A stretch of DNA of 64,000 bases from Chrysomallon squamiferum (taxonomy: Eukaryota > Animalia > Mollusca). Location of the stretch: positions 29,450,001 through 29,514,000 of the forward strand of contig CM022670.1 in assembly GCA_012295275.1 (NCBI GenBank). Reading direction: 5' to 3'. A program made the position numbers and the translations under genes. The notes under the pieces were generated by a model. The model did not search any database. It was not told where the DNA came from and worked only from the letters and a program-made list of their open reading frames with translations. Shown piece by piece: positions 51,995 through 64,000 of the stretch (positions are counted from its first letter, which is position 1; each line of letters starts with the position of its first letter).

Positions 51995-54673
51995 GTGTTA
52001 GTATGATGATGATAATAATTATAATAATGATAATGATTATGATAGTAAATCAACAAGAAGAAGAAGATTGAGGAAGAAGACGAATAATAACATCATCAGC
52101 AATTATTTTGATAAATCTGAGATATTCTCTTTGATTTTTCTTAAACGTCATAACTGTTATATCATTTGATCACTGTTAATCTATTCTCTAACTAAACAGC
52201 CTCTAACAGTATATTAACTAATTAGTTTAAAGTAACAATCTGAATACCGTTCTAATTCTTGTGTTCATTCTGTGGTCATTGTAGCTGGCACTTATTACTG
52301 TCCGCTCTTGTGTCCGAACGCACTCAACCACACTGTCATCGCCCTGCAACAAAACAACACAATTAAATTCTAATATAAACATTCCAACACACTTTCCTAA
52401 ACACGTGAAACTAAAAGAGTTTAAAATTAAATATTTCTTTAATGTCTTTATTATATAACTATAACGTTACATCATAATAACAATTAAAAAAAAAAAAAAT
52501 TAAAAACAGCACTCTTACAATTAAATAAAAGTTACTCTTTATTAACTGTTTGGATAATTTCATTTTTTAAATTTTGTTACGTAATGAAATCTTGAAGTCG
52601 TTAAAACTGGATTAATTTATACTCACCATCTTGGTGTCTTTAGAGAATCCTACTGCAACCCACTGTTCTGGTGAGTCGGGAATGGCGATCGCTCTGACAC
52701 TGAACCACACCCTGTCTCCAATGTCTTTCCAGGCGATCTCAAACCTGCACGCTCTTTTAGGACAGTCTGAGAAACAGCCCTGTGTGATCCCGCACTGAGG
52801 ATCTCTGTGAATCTGAGATATCTGAAAAACAAATCACATGTTTATTAATCTGAGGTCGATAAACAGAGATAGGTAGATAGATAGGTAGACAGATATATAT
52901 GTGTATATATATATATAGATATATAAACTAATTGAGAGGTAGAACTGGAATATATATAACAAAAAAACAACAACAACAACAATAAGCTAAAGAGAAAACG
53001 AAGACAATGATTGTAATAATAACAAAACTCACGAAATGAATATAATAATAATAATAATAATAAAACTCACAGTTGATGGCGTAGTTGGCCCCAGAGTGTT
53101 GCGAGGTGGCTGAACCGGAGTTACAGAGAACGATGTGGAAATGTTATAGTCAGATGTTATTACAGAAAGTGAACCCATTGTGCGCTGTGTTGTTGTCGTT
53201 GTGGCTATCATAGCCGATGTAGGTACTGTTGGTGGAGAATGCGTCGTCGTTTGTGGCAAGTCTTCCGCGCAGGGGGTGATGTACGGGGTGACGAGATTTG
53301 ACGCGGGGATGCTGAGAACTGAGGCTCGGGGATCGATAACAACTGCCGAGTTGACCCCCACCCAGAATTTACTTTTCTCCTGCACGAATGTAGCTCTAGT
53401 GACAAAACAACAACATCAAGCGAAAAAAATAATCATACAACAACAATAAAGTTACAAATAGAATTAACCTAATTTCTTTATGATTTTAGCTAAGACATTT
53501 CATTTCTTTTGAAAAAGAAACTACCAACTTACTTGTGAGTAAATTGTTTATTATCTAAGATAAGTATATTAGCCGATTATTTGATGATTATCTAATGATG
53601 ATAATATTTATTACTACTACTACTACTCGTACTATCATTACCACCACCTATTACTACTGTTATTACTAGAACTACTATTACTACTACTACTATCACGACA
53701 ACTACTGTAACGACTGCTATAAACATATCATAAAATATACCAGTAATGGGTTACTATTTCATTATTTTATTATGCTGCTAACACAAACCAATGTAATATC
53801 TATGACTTAATATTCTACATACTTGATAATCACATGACCAGACGGTGTTGCAGGAGCTGTCCAATTAAAGAGGAGTGACGTCTTCTGTATGTTTGTCACG
53901 TGGGTTAGTGACGTCTCCTGAAATCGGAATGTATTTTCATACATTATTAAAATGCATTGCATCTGTATTCGGGTATATTTAATAATTCCACGAGAAAAAA
54001 TAAAGGTAGAATAAGAAGAACCGAGCATATTTGAAATTATTTACGTACGTGACCACAAGCGTATCGGGATTCTTGAACTTCAGTAAATGTTCCGATTCTC
54101 TCAGTGGTGTTCGTCCGTGGATCAGCTCGTCTGGCCTCGACCAGGAAACCTTTAAACTTGTTACTACACAGTCCGCGTAACATGACTGAAACAACACAGT
54201 GTATCGGTATTTAAAATAGAAATACAAGATAAATGTTTCAAACGTATTACTAAACGTTATATGTATTATTATATTAATGTAAAAATAACATTTGTGTGTG
54301 TATATATAAATGTAGGTGTGAGTAGTTGTTGTGGTTGTTGTTTTTGTTGTTGTTGTTATTATTATTATTATTATTATTATAAACTGAAATGTTTGTTGTA
54401 TTTAATATTTTCGAAAAAGTAGCACAAATATTTTCCTAGTTATTAATTGATATTATTCTTACCCATGATACTCTCGCCTGGTTCATATGTGTTTTGGGAA
54501 ACTAGAACGACAAAGGGTGATGTCGCTGTCGATGATCTGCTGAAGTCATGACGTGGTGTCATGCTGTTACACGCCGTGTCTGGGGCCCCGGTACTGTAGC
54601 CATAGCAACCACTCCAGTGCAGCAACGCTGCAAGAAGCGCAGAATGCGCGAGACTAGGTAACCCATGATGCAT
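48546..54673 (-). CDS. FRRS1/SDR2-like ferric-chelate reductase C. Exons 54463-54673, 54049-54185, 53823-53917, 53071-53395, 52627-52821, 52248-52343, 51767-51923, 51401-51514, 50966-51081, 50656-50742, 50374-50445, 49992-50091, 49525-49665, 49181-49272, 48546-48638
   Basis: Exon-for-exon paralog of gene B with many identical exon lengths (137, 95, 195, 157, 114, 116, 87, 72, 100, 141, 93). All DOMON and b561 heme-ligand motifs are retained. Confidence 0.93.
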
Positions 54674-55313
54674 CTACAAAGATAAAAATATCTATTTTAT
54701 TTTATATTATTTTATCGTTTTTCTTGTTCTACATAATTTATCTCCAGTTATTCACGATTCTCACTGCACTCTTTGAATCACATTGCTTCTGGCCGGCGCT
54801 CCAAATTAATTAAATATTGTGAAATTTGCTTTCGTTGGATATGTCTTAATGATTTATTATTATTTTTTTTTATTTTTTTTTTTGTTCTTGTTGTTGTTGT
54901 TGTTTTTATGGTTATTGTTGTTATTATTATATAATTAATATAAATTTAATGGAAAGTATAATTTAAACTATTGCTTTTCAAACAGTAACGTAAAATTAAT
55001 TATCCTAAAACAAGGTTAATGTACTGAGATACATCTAACAGCAAATTCCCTAAAGACTTAGTACTATGGATATTATTATAATTATTATATTTCATGAAGT
55101 ATATATATAAAACTGAAGACCAATCATAAAGAAATATTAAAGTCCTGTAATTAAATTTTGATACACTGACGTTTAACGATTTGTAACATGACTTTCATAC
55201 AAGACCAGTAAATACATTCATGATTTGAGAACATCTGCGTTGCACCTAGATTCACTATATAAATGTCCAGTTCCGAAATGTATTTCTCTCATTAATAAAA
55301 TAATAATAATAAC

Positions 55314-55368
<55 letters not shown>

Positions 55369-55369
55369 T

Positions 55370-55485
55370 CAAATCAATTTTCCCAACTGAAATTAACTGA
55401 AATACCATTAATCCGTTCCAGCCCCCAAAACCACCACATTTTTTTGGTAATGTGTTTTTAAATAAGAAAAATATATTTATATAAA
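55370..55485 (-). mobile_element. Second fragment of the Tigger/pogo-like repeat
   Basis: The reverse complement matches ~1680-1855 (GGGGGCTGGAACGGATTAATGGTAT...TTTCAGTTGGGAAAATT). Confidence 0.7.
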
Positions 55486-57527
55486 GAGATACTATTTGGT
55501 TTAGAATGAAATTGTTTAATGCGAAATCAGTAAAAGAGAACATACATACATACATACATACATATAATATCTTTATATATATATATATATATATATATAT
55601 CGGGATATCACGTTATATTTTTAAAGATTTTTAAGAACATAGTATTAATAAAAAAAAATTATAGATTATTTCATATAAAAATTACAACAATTTTTGTAAT
55701 GTTTATATATGTGGTTGTCTTCGTGTGCGTGCGTGCGTGTGTGTGTGTGTGTGTATGTGTGCGTGTGTCTGTTGTTTCCTGTTTTTTTAATTTTTATTTT
55801 ACATTTTTGTTTAGAAAATATTTTCGCTTGAATATGGTTATGCTAATTGTGAGAACGACTGTGATCACGACATACACTACTGTCACTATAAACAAATACC
55901 TTAAATAAATAAAACGTTCTTCTTCGAACAGTAAAATACAAAGAACAGAAACAGGTTGTTGATTTTTACTGCACTAACTTTATTGTTCTTTACTTCTTTC
56001 ACCTGGAACATGGAACTAAAAGAAAAGACGTGACCATTGATTTTCATGTCTTATTGAAATAGATCGAATCTAAGTCATACCTAAAGGAATTATTTTATTA
56101 GGAACCTTATGTAAGAAATTATTATATTGTACGGATACTTGTACCAAATGGGGAGTTTTTGTGGTAGAAAACATGTACATTAAATACGAATAAATACCAT
56201 TCGTTTAACAAACAGAAGGAAAAAAATGAATTAACCAAAAAACGTAATTTTTTAATAACTAATAACATATCTAGATTCACAATATATGACAGCAACATAA
56301 AGATGAAATTAATTTCAAATTAAAAGAAAAAAATAGGTAGCAAATGCCACGATGAAATGCACAGATATAACACACACACACCCACCCACCCACACACACA
56401 CACACACACATTACCTTAGTTTATCTACAGTTTTAAATTACTTTCATTATCATTTCAAAATGCTACTCTCTTTATTTCTTAAATTTAGTTCTACCTGTGA
56501 AACTACGACACAGCATAAAAATAGAAAGAAAGACGACTAAAATCTTTTAACAAATCGTTTATGTCTCAACTAATGAAATGTAGTCTGTTATTACCAGGAT
56601 ACTGTCATCGGCTAATTAGTTCTGTCCGGTCTGTCGCTGGAAGTTTTCATAACAACGACGTCTGACTGATGACACTAAAACTTCTTTGGTCGTACAGACA
56701 ATGTTGTTACATAAAAACATCTGACTTTACCTCATAACATGGTAACCGTTTCATCTCTCCACTAAATATCTCTGTCACATTTACCAATGAAACAGGAATA
56801 CCGTAAATATTTCAGTAAACAGGAACTATCATCTTCAACGACACATTTAAGGAAAAAACCAAAAACAAAAACAAATAAAAAAAGCACATCTTTTGTGATT
56901 AATTAAATTGTTGTTAAGCAAAAAACATTTGTCTCTTTTCCCTGTAGAAAATACACCTATATTTATGTTATAACGTGATGAAATACATACTTATTTTAAC
57001 AAACTATTTCATATGTCAGTTTCATGCGATGATATGTTATGCATTCTAAAGAAGAAAACATTCCGCTTCATTCATTAATTTTAACTTGAAAGGTAGTATA
57101 AAGGTTGATGCTGTCAATATAAAAATAAAATAAAACACGTTATATCATTCATGTAGGATCTGTTTAACATAAATGATGATAGATCACTAAATACGTGTAT
57201 ATGTATTTATATATGTATGTATATGTACGTGTGTATGCAGGCATTCATAAATACATGTATGTATATGTGTGTATGTGTGTGTATGTGTGTGTATGAATGT
57301 ATACATGTGTAGGTGTGTGTATATACTTGGTATTTATACCAGTCCTTGGAGATTATGACAATGTATTTGTTTTTAACAAATACACTTTGGGTTATGTATT
57401 TAAGTTATTTTATGTTCACATGTCTTTTTTTTCTTTCTTTTTTTTTACTCTAGTGGGTGTTTTTCTAAACTTATCCATGTATAATCTACTACTATCTGAT
57501 TCTACCTATCTACCTATCTCTCTGTCT

Positions 57528-57665
<138 letters not shown>

Positions 57666-58165
57666 TCACTCTCTCAGTATAATCCGTCTGTGTTTGTCTT
57701 TACATGTATATCTTTATGTATGGATCTTGATTTCGTTGAACAAGTCTTAAGAGAGTAGTGCAAACACATTATAAGCAGATATTTTATTATTATTATCATC
57801 ATCGTCATCATCATCATACTGACTGCAACATCTTTTTCGTCAAAAGTGTATTCATGTATACGTAAATATTTCAACACATGTAAAAATATTATAACAATAT
57901 TATCCAAACTAACAATATATCACAGATAATTATTTAGTTATTTAGGGTCATTTCCAAATATGTAATATAAATTGTTATTAATTATTAACATTATTAAAGT
58001 AACTATAACATTGCATCAAATCAAAGAGTTGCATTAGGCAGGTTCATTTCAAAGTACAATATTTAATACGAATTTCAGGGGAGTATTTAATAATTATTAA
58101 TGAGAAATCCAGTTTAACGCTATCAAACAAAGAATATTACCTTTAGGCTCCAGTGTTGGAGAAAC

Positions 58166-58236
58166 ATGAATGTGTTTAGTTGGCTCGCGGATATTTTCAC
58201 TTGGCGCGGGTCAGGGAGCCGCGGACTTCCCGTTAC
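58166..58236 (+). CDS. Candidate first coding exon of an unidentified gene (MNVFSWLADIFTWRGSGSRGLPV)
   Basis: GC-rich island with a TTTAG acceptor at 58146, AAACATG start context and a perfect GTAAGT donor at 58237. No downstream exon was identified. Confidence 0.35.
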
Positions 58237-59248
58237 GTAAGTGTTTTAATCTAGGTTACTCGTTCAGTCTGGCGTCCATTTCACAAAACACTCTTTCGAT
58301 TAATATCGTTGGATCTTACTGGGGGCATAAGTATACCAATTTAGCAGCTGATCAGCTTACCTGCCTATCTGTCTATCTATCTATCTATATAATATATAAA
58401 TAATGTTAGTGGGAGTTAGAAAGAAAAATAATAATTTCTTAATGATTTTCGGTAAATCCCGTGAAGGTATATAATATATATTATCAAAATATTTAGACTA
58501 AGCTAATGATTTTATGACTGCTGCAAACATATTTCTTCCTCTAAGTAAATATATTTACCTGTTGAAATTATCTGTTGAAATTATCTGTTGAAATTATACA
58601 TTATGTACTTTTGTATCAGTTGCTTAAAAAAAAGATTTTTTTTAATTTTATATAATTATATATATTAAAAATAAAAAAGAATAAGAAAAATATAAAAACA
58701 AGAAAATATTTCACATATCTGAAAGCTGCACGATCCAAGATATCTCAAGAATTTTATTTACCTTAAAGACACAAAAACAATCCTAGGTATGTTATATTTA
58801 TCATTCTGCATATGAACTAATAAATGAGATGACGTATTTAACAGGATGGTCCATACATCACTGAGTCAACTCAGTGCACTAACTCCAGTTTAGTTTGGTA
58901 TACACAAAAACATAAATGTGTACAAATATGTTTATGTAAGAAGTGGGGAATAAAATTATGTACACTTGTTTGTATGTGATTAAACCAAAAGATGATACTG
59001 CTAACCTAAAAATATACCGAACAGAGAGAAATTAAATAAACCACATACACACACGCACGCACGCACACAATGAAGCAACTTAATGAAGCACAATTAGATA
59101 AATGAATAATAAACTTCAATAATTTATTATTATTATTATTATTGTGTATGTTACTTATTTGTTGTGCTTCATTATAATAATAATAGTAATAATAATAATA
59201 ATAAAAATAATTGTAATTATAATTATAATAATAATTATTATTATTACA

Positions 59249-59305
<57 letters not shown>

Positions 59306-60902
59306 GCTCTGGTTACGGCCAGAACCAGCATAAGGCAATACATATTATTACTATTACTGTATCCTTCAATGGGAGGTATTTATGCCGAATAGAGGCGTAT
59401 ATATATACACACACACACACCATTGCATTCGCAAATACCATACATTGTTATTTTATACGCTTTTTCAGTTACACCAAACTTTGGTGATATTAGACGGCAA
59501 GGATGAAAGAATACTACCTATTTATCTCTTTGTCATGACGTCATATCGTACAAAGAAATACAAATAAATAAATGACTCTAAATGACTGATAAATACGCCA
59601 AGTTTTATGTTATTAGTAAGGGAAGGCGAACAAAGAATTTTGTCATATATTTATTTGTCTATTAGCAGACATTTTTTTAGTTTTTAGTAACTCAAAGTTA
59701 TAACATTAGTATTAGAACAGTAATAAATTTAAGAAAATCCTTTTTCTTTAGAAGTTTTACTTATAATTAATTATCAAGAATGTTTAAGTTAAATATAGAA
59801 TAACAATAGCAGCGGTAGCAACAACGACCATAACTACAACAACAACAGCAACAATAATAATATTAATAGTAACAACAACAACAACAACAACAACAATAAT
59901 AATAATAATAATGCTTACGCTTATTTTTGTTTGTTTAGATATAAAGAAAGAAATATTATGGGGAAATATCTCAAATAGTTTGTAAGTCTGATATTAAGAA
60001 AACGTTACTTACTTTAATATTGTATTTTCTTTTTTGTGTCTGTAATATCCAATAACCTGTTACTTTTTCTTTACCACCGTTTGTTTCTTTATCTCAAAAA
60101 CTGTTTAACGGTTACTACTGTCATTTCAGGTAGGATTAACCTACGGCGAATTTGGATAGTTAGCCATCGATCTAAAATTTGATTGATTTCTTCCTGATGG
60201 ATTTGTACGTAAATAAATTAATTTAATTAACTTGAGCCTAGATGTGTACTTTTAGTAATACAACAAGGGGAAGCAACTCGAGAAGGTTCTGTTCGTGGTT
60301 GTAGTGCTTAGGTCAATATTTGGTGAATATTTATTCTGCGTGACGCGGTACGCAAATTTCAATATGTTTACGTCATGTTAATTACCTTCTGATGAACCTG
60401 TAAGATGAAAACATTAATGTCGGATTCACTGGCCAATCCAATAAATTGCTTACAGCATAATACGAAATCGTGAAATGAATGTCTGCACCTGGTGGATCTA
60501 TCCATGACAAAACATTTTGACGTAAATTATAATATATGTAAATTATATTACACAGAGAACAGTCATTTTACTAATGAAATTTGTGTGTATATAAAAGTCA
60601 GTATGTAGGTCTCTATCCTGTTTGTTTATTGTATTTTGATACATAACGAATTATGACACTAAGATAGGTATCATTGATTAGAAAGTCCCTAAACTTTTAT
60701 TGCCTATTAAAGATTGTCGTTCAAACTTTGTTTGCAGCTGGATTTTATTTTAACGTTTTCAAAATATAGTTCATGTACCATTTGTCGTGTTTTCATTTGT
60801 CTTACAGTTTTTTCTTTTTCTTCTTCTTCTTCGTCTTGTTCTTATTATTACTGTCATTACAGTTACTACTATTACTACTACTATAATACTACTATTACTA
60901 CC

Positions 60903-60934
<32 letters not shown>

Positions 60935-61611
60935 CTCTAGTACTACTATTATTATTATAGTTGTTGTTGTTGTTGTAGATGATTTTGTTTGTGTTGGTTC
61001 TGGTGGTGGTCATGTGCTCTCACGACAGTAAAGACACTATTTTTGTAATTATTTAACATGCGTGTATCTTCTTGTTACTTTTCGGTTTACTGGACAAAAA
61101 TATTATTATTTTACTGATTAATCTTTTCTTCTAATAGATGATAACGAAAATATTACAGTCGTTGAGCAAATAATAAAAAAATAAATAAATAAATAAAATA
61201 AAATAATATAATATAAAATAAACACACACACATTAAATATATATATATATTATTGAAAGACAAAATATTAATTATATTACGGACACAAAAAATGTATTTT
61301 TAATTGTTACCAGGTAATTTCTATCACTATGCGGTTACACATTTTGCTGAATCTGTTACGTTTGTCTATAACACGACAGGACGTCACGCTCCAGCAGGTC
61401 AGGTCAATGGTGCCGTGTACAGAATGCGTCTATAATTAAATTTTATTATTCCCTGGCAGCTGACGCGATCATCGAGGCTTTGCCCACTCAAGTTTGGAAC
61501 GATAAAAGCAGAACTACAATGATTTTTGATAATGTATACTTTAATAATTTATCTCTGTACTGTATTAGAACATTTATTCTCTTGTATCGCTGAAACTAAA
61601 TTTATTTGCTA

Positions 61612-61644
<33 letters not shown>

Positions 61645-62531
61645 CTTCGCTTTTTCTTCTTTTTTATTTTTATTTTATATCGTTTATAATATGCGATAGA
61701 TGTGCAGATCTCTCAAGCATTGAGAACAGAGAATACAGAATCACAGAAGCAAGAAAAGATAAATTACTTTCACTTATTGTCAGTTTCCATATCGTTTTCC
61801 ATATCGTAATAAATGAATGCATCAATATTTTTTTGAAGGGTCTTAAATACATTTGTATAATGATAAGAGAAAACATTTGTACCTTGTGTTTAACTGTATA
61901 TGTGACACTAGCTATATATTATTTACATAGGATCTAATCGGAATCTTTTAACTTAAGCTATCGTCATCTTTGGGGAAAAAAACCTTTTTATATATATATA
62001 CATGATTAAACTATTGGCTATCCAGTTTGCTTATTTCTATCTAAAACAACTGTGTGTGGAAATGGATGGGCGTAAGTGTATAAATAAATGTGTGTATATG
62101 GTGCGCGTAACTATTTTTGTTTGTGTATGTATATGTATGGTGTGCGTGTGCGTGTGTGATTTGTTTACAACAGAGAAAGGCAGTGAAACGTCATTTTAAA
62201 ATATATATAAAACATGACTGAACTAGGTATTGATTTGTTTTGTTTCTCTCTGCTTCTATGACAACGAGATTTCCGTTTGTTTATTTTTATTATTAGTGCA
62301 TGAGACAGGAGATATTGACGTATTCAGGGAGACTTCTTTCTGTTTATCGAGTTCAGAAATGTAATGGTCGTTTGAAGTGCATATAAACGTGAACCGCTTG
62401 ATAAAAACAACTGAACAGGGAAAACAAAAATCATTATTTAATGCCTTCAGCACAAATTTTATTCATTACTTGTAAAGAATATTTATACAAACTGATCGAC
62501 TGATATGGGTTTCTGAGACAAATAAAGGAGA

Positions 62532-62633
<102 letters not shown>

Positions 62634-63515
62634 AGATGGTTCTGACAAATGTTTACATATACATTTATCATAACTTCTTTTTGCAGAAGAATAAAATTTG
62701 AAAGTGCAAAAAATTATAATTAAAAATATATAGTCATTTAAAAAGTTTTTCCATCAAAATATGCTACAACTACTTTCAGAAAATTAAGAAAATTATAAAT
62801 AATAAAATCATAATTTGTAAAAGGTCCACAAAATAAATAAATAGATAAAGTTGATTATTTAATTTAACTGCAAACAGTACGTAATGATATCAATATAATT
62901 CTTACAAAAATAGTTAAGCTAAAGAAAGGTTTTAAAAGCATATTATATTTATTTACAAACTTCACTAAATAAATTAACCATTAACAAGAGAAACACTATA
63001 GTAATCATAGGCATGAAACATGATTCGTTGTAAAAATGTATTTATTGTTTTTTTTTACTTTTTATATGAAGATTAAAAAACAAAGGACAGTAATTCCCAA
63101 ATAAAATTTAGAATCATTTTATACTGTTTTGTTTTTTTAACTCGTCATCCCTTTTTCAATTATCTTTACTAAATATTACTCCTGATTTAAGAACTTACAC
63201 AACTGAGGTATTAATTGTCGAAGTAATAATTTAACAAAATGTAAACTGCATGGTCAAATGTTCTTAAAGTTACTTTTTAATACTAAATAACAGATTCTGT
63301 AAATGACAATGATTTTAGTAGAACATCAAACGCAGATATAAAAATTTACAGAAACTAACATAGAGATAATTTTTTAAAATAAATATATTGCAGCTAAGAA
63401 CACAGTTTTGAAATTAAAAGACAGAAATTAACATTCTACTTAAATCTTGGAACCAACAAGAGATACAACAAATTTTTACAATACTCTAACGTATTTAAAA
63501 TTAATAAATAACTAA

Positions 63516-63595
<80 letters not shown>

Positions 63596-63736
63596 GAATA
63601 TTTACAGCTTATTTAAACCAGTACACGGAGAATATTACATGGAAAGAAAATGCTACTTCTTTTTTATTATTTGTTTCATAATAATATCCTCTTATATAAG
63701 AAAAATATTATTTTAGTAATAATAATAATAATAAAA

Positions 63737-63772
<36 letters not shown>

Positions 63773-64000
63773 TACGTAATCTTGCTTTTTCCATATTTTA
63801 ATATCCTCATTAAATTATTTTTTAAAACTAAAACAAATGATCTAAATTAATGATGAAGAAATGATATCTTTCGTTAGTTTATGAATAACGTACGATGGTC
63901 CCTGTTTCTGCGTAATGAAATTTACTTTACATTTATATACGTTATGATATTTTGAATTCGCCTTTCATAAGTTTCCTTCTACATAATTAAACAGCAGAAA

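Noticed and set aside
62256-62410. Possible minus-strand terminal exon after a TGTTCAG acceptor
   Set aside because: No recognisable homology, ambiguous frame and no partner exon in the window.

Overview
AT-rich, microsatellite-dense animal genomic DNA with spliceosomal introns; the taxon is not determinable from the sequence, though it looks invertebrate and plausibly molluscan. It holds two gene clusters. (1) At 2.0-15.4 kb are two tandem secreted M4 (thermolysin-family) zinc metalloprotease genes that closely resemble Pseudomonas LasB and Vibrio vibriolysin. Each has an intron inside its signal-peptide code, and a decayed third copy lies between them. The second gene carries a ~6 kb (~2000 aa) Ser-rich 15-bp repeat array between propeptide and catalytic domain. 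(2) At 18.6-54.7 kb are three 15-exon FRRS1/SDR2-like ferric-chelate reductase genes (Reeler-DOMON-cytochrome b561), reconstructed by hand from splice sites. The first (minus strand) also has extra in-frame exons predicting three products: a secreted Reeler protein with a Pro/Gln tail, a GPI-anchored Reeler-DOMON protein made via a duplicated mutually exclusive exon, and the full membrane reductase. Also present: a decayed Tc1 element, Tigger/pogo fragments, a ~400-bp MITE-like inverted repeat, and mini- and microsatellites.
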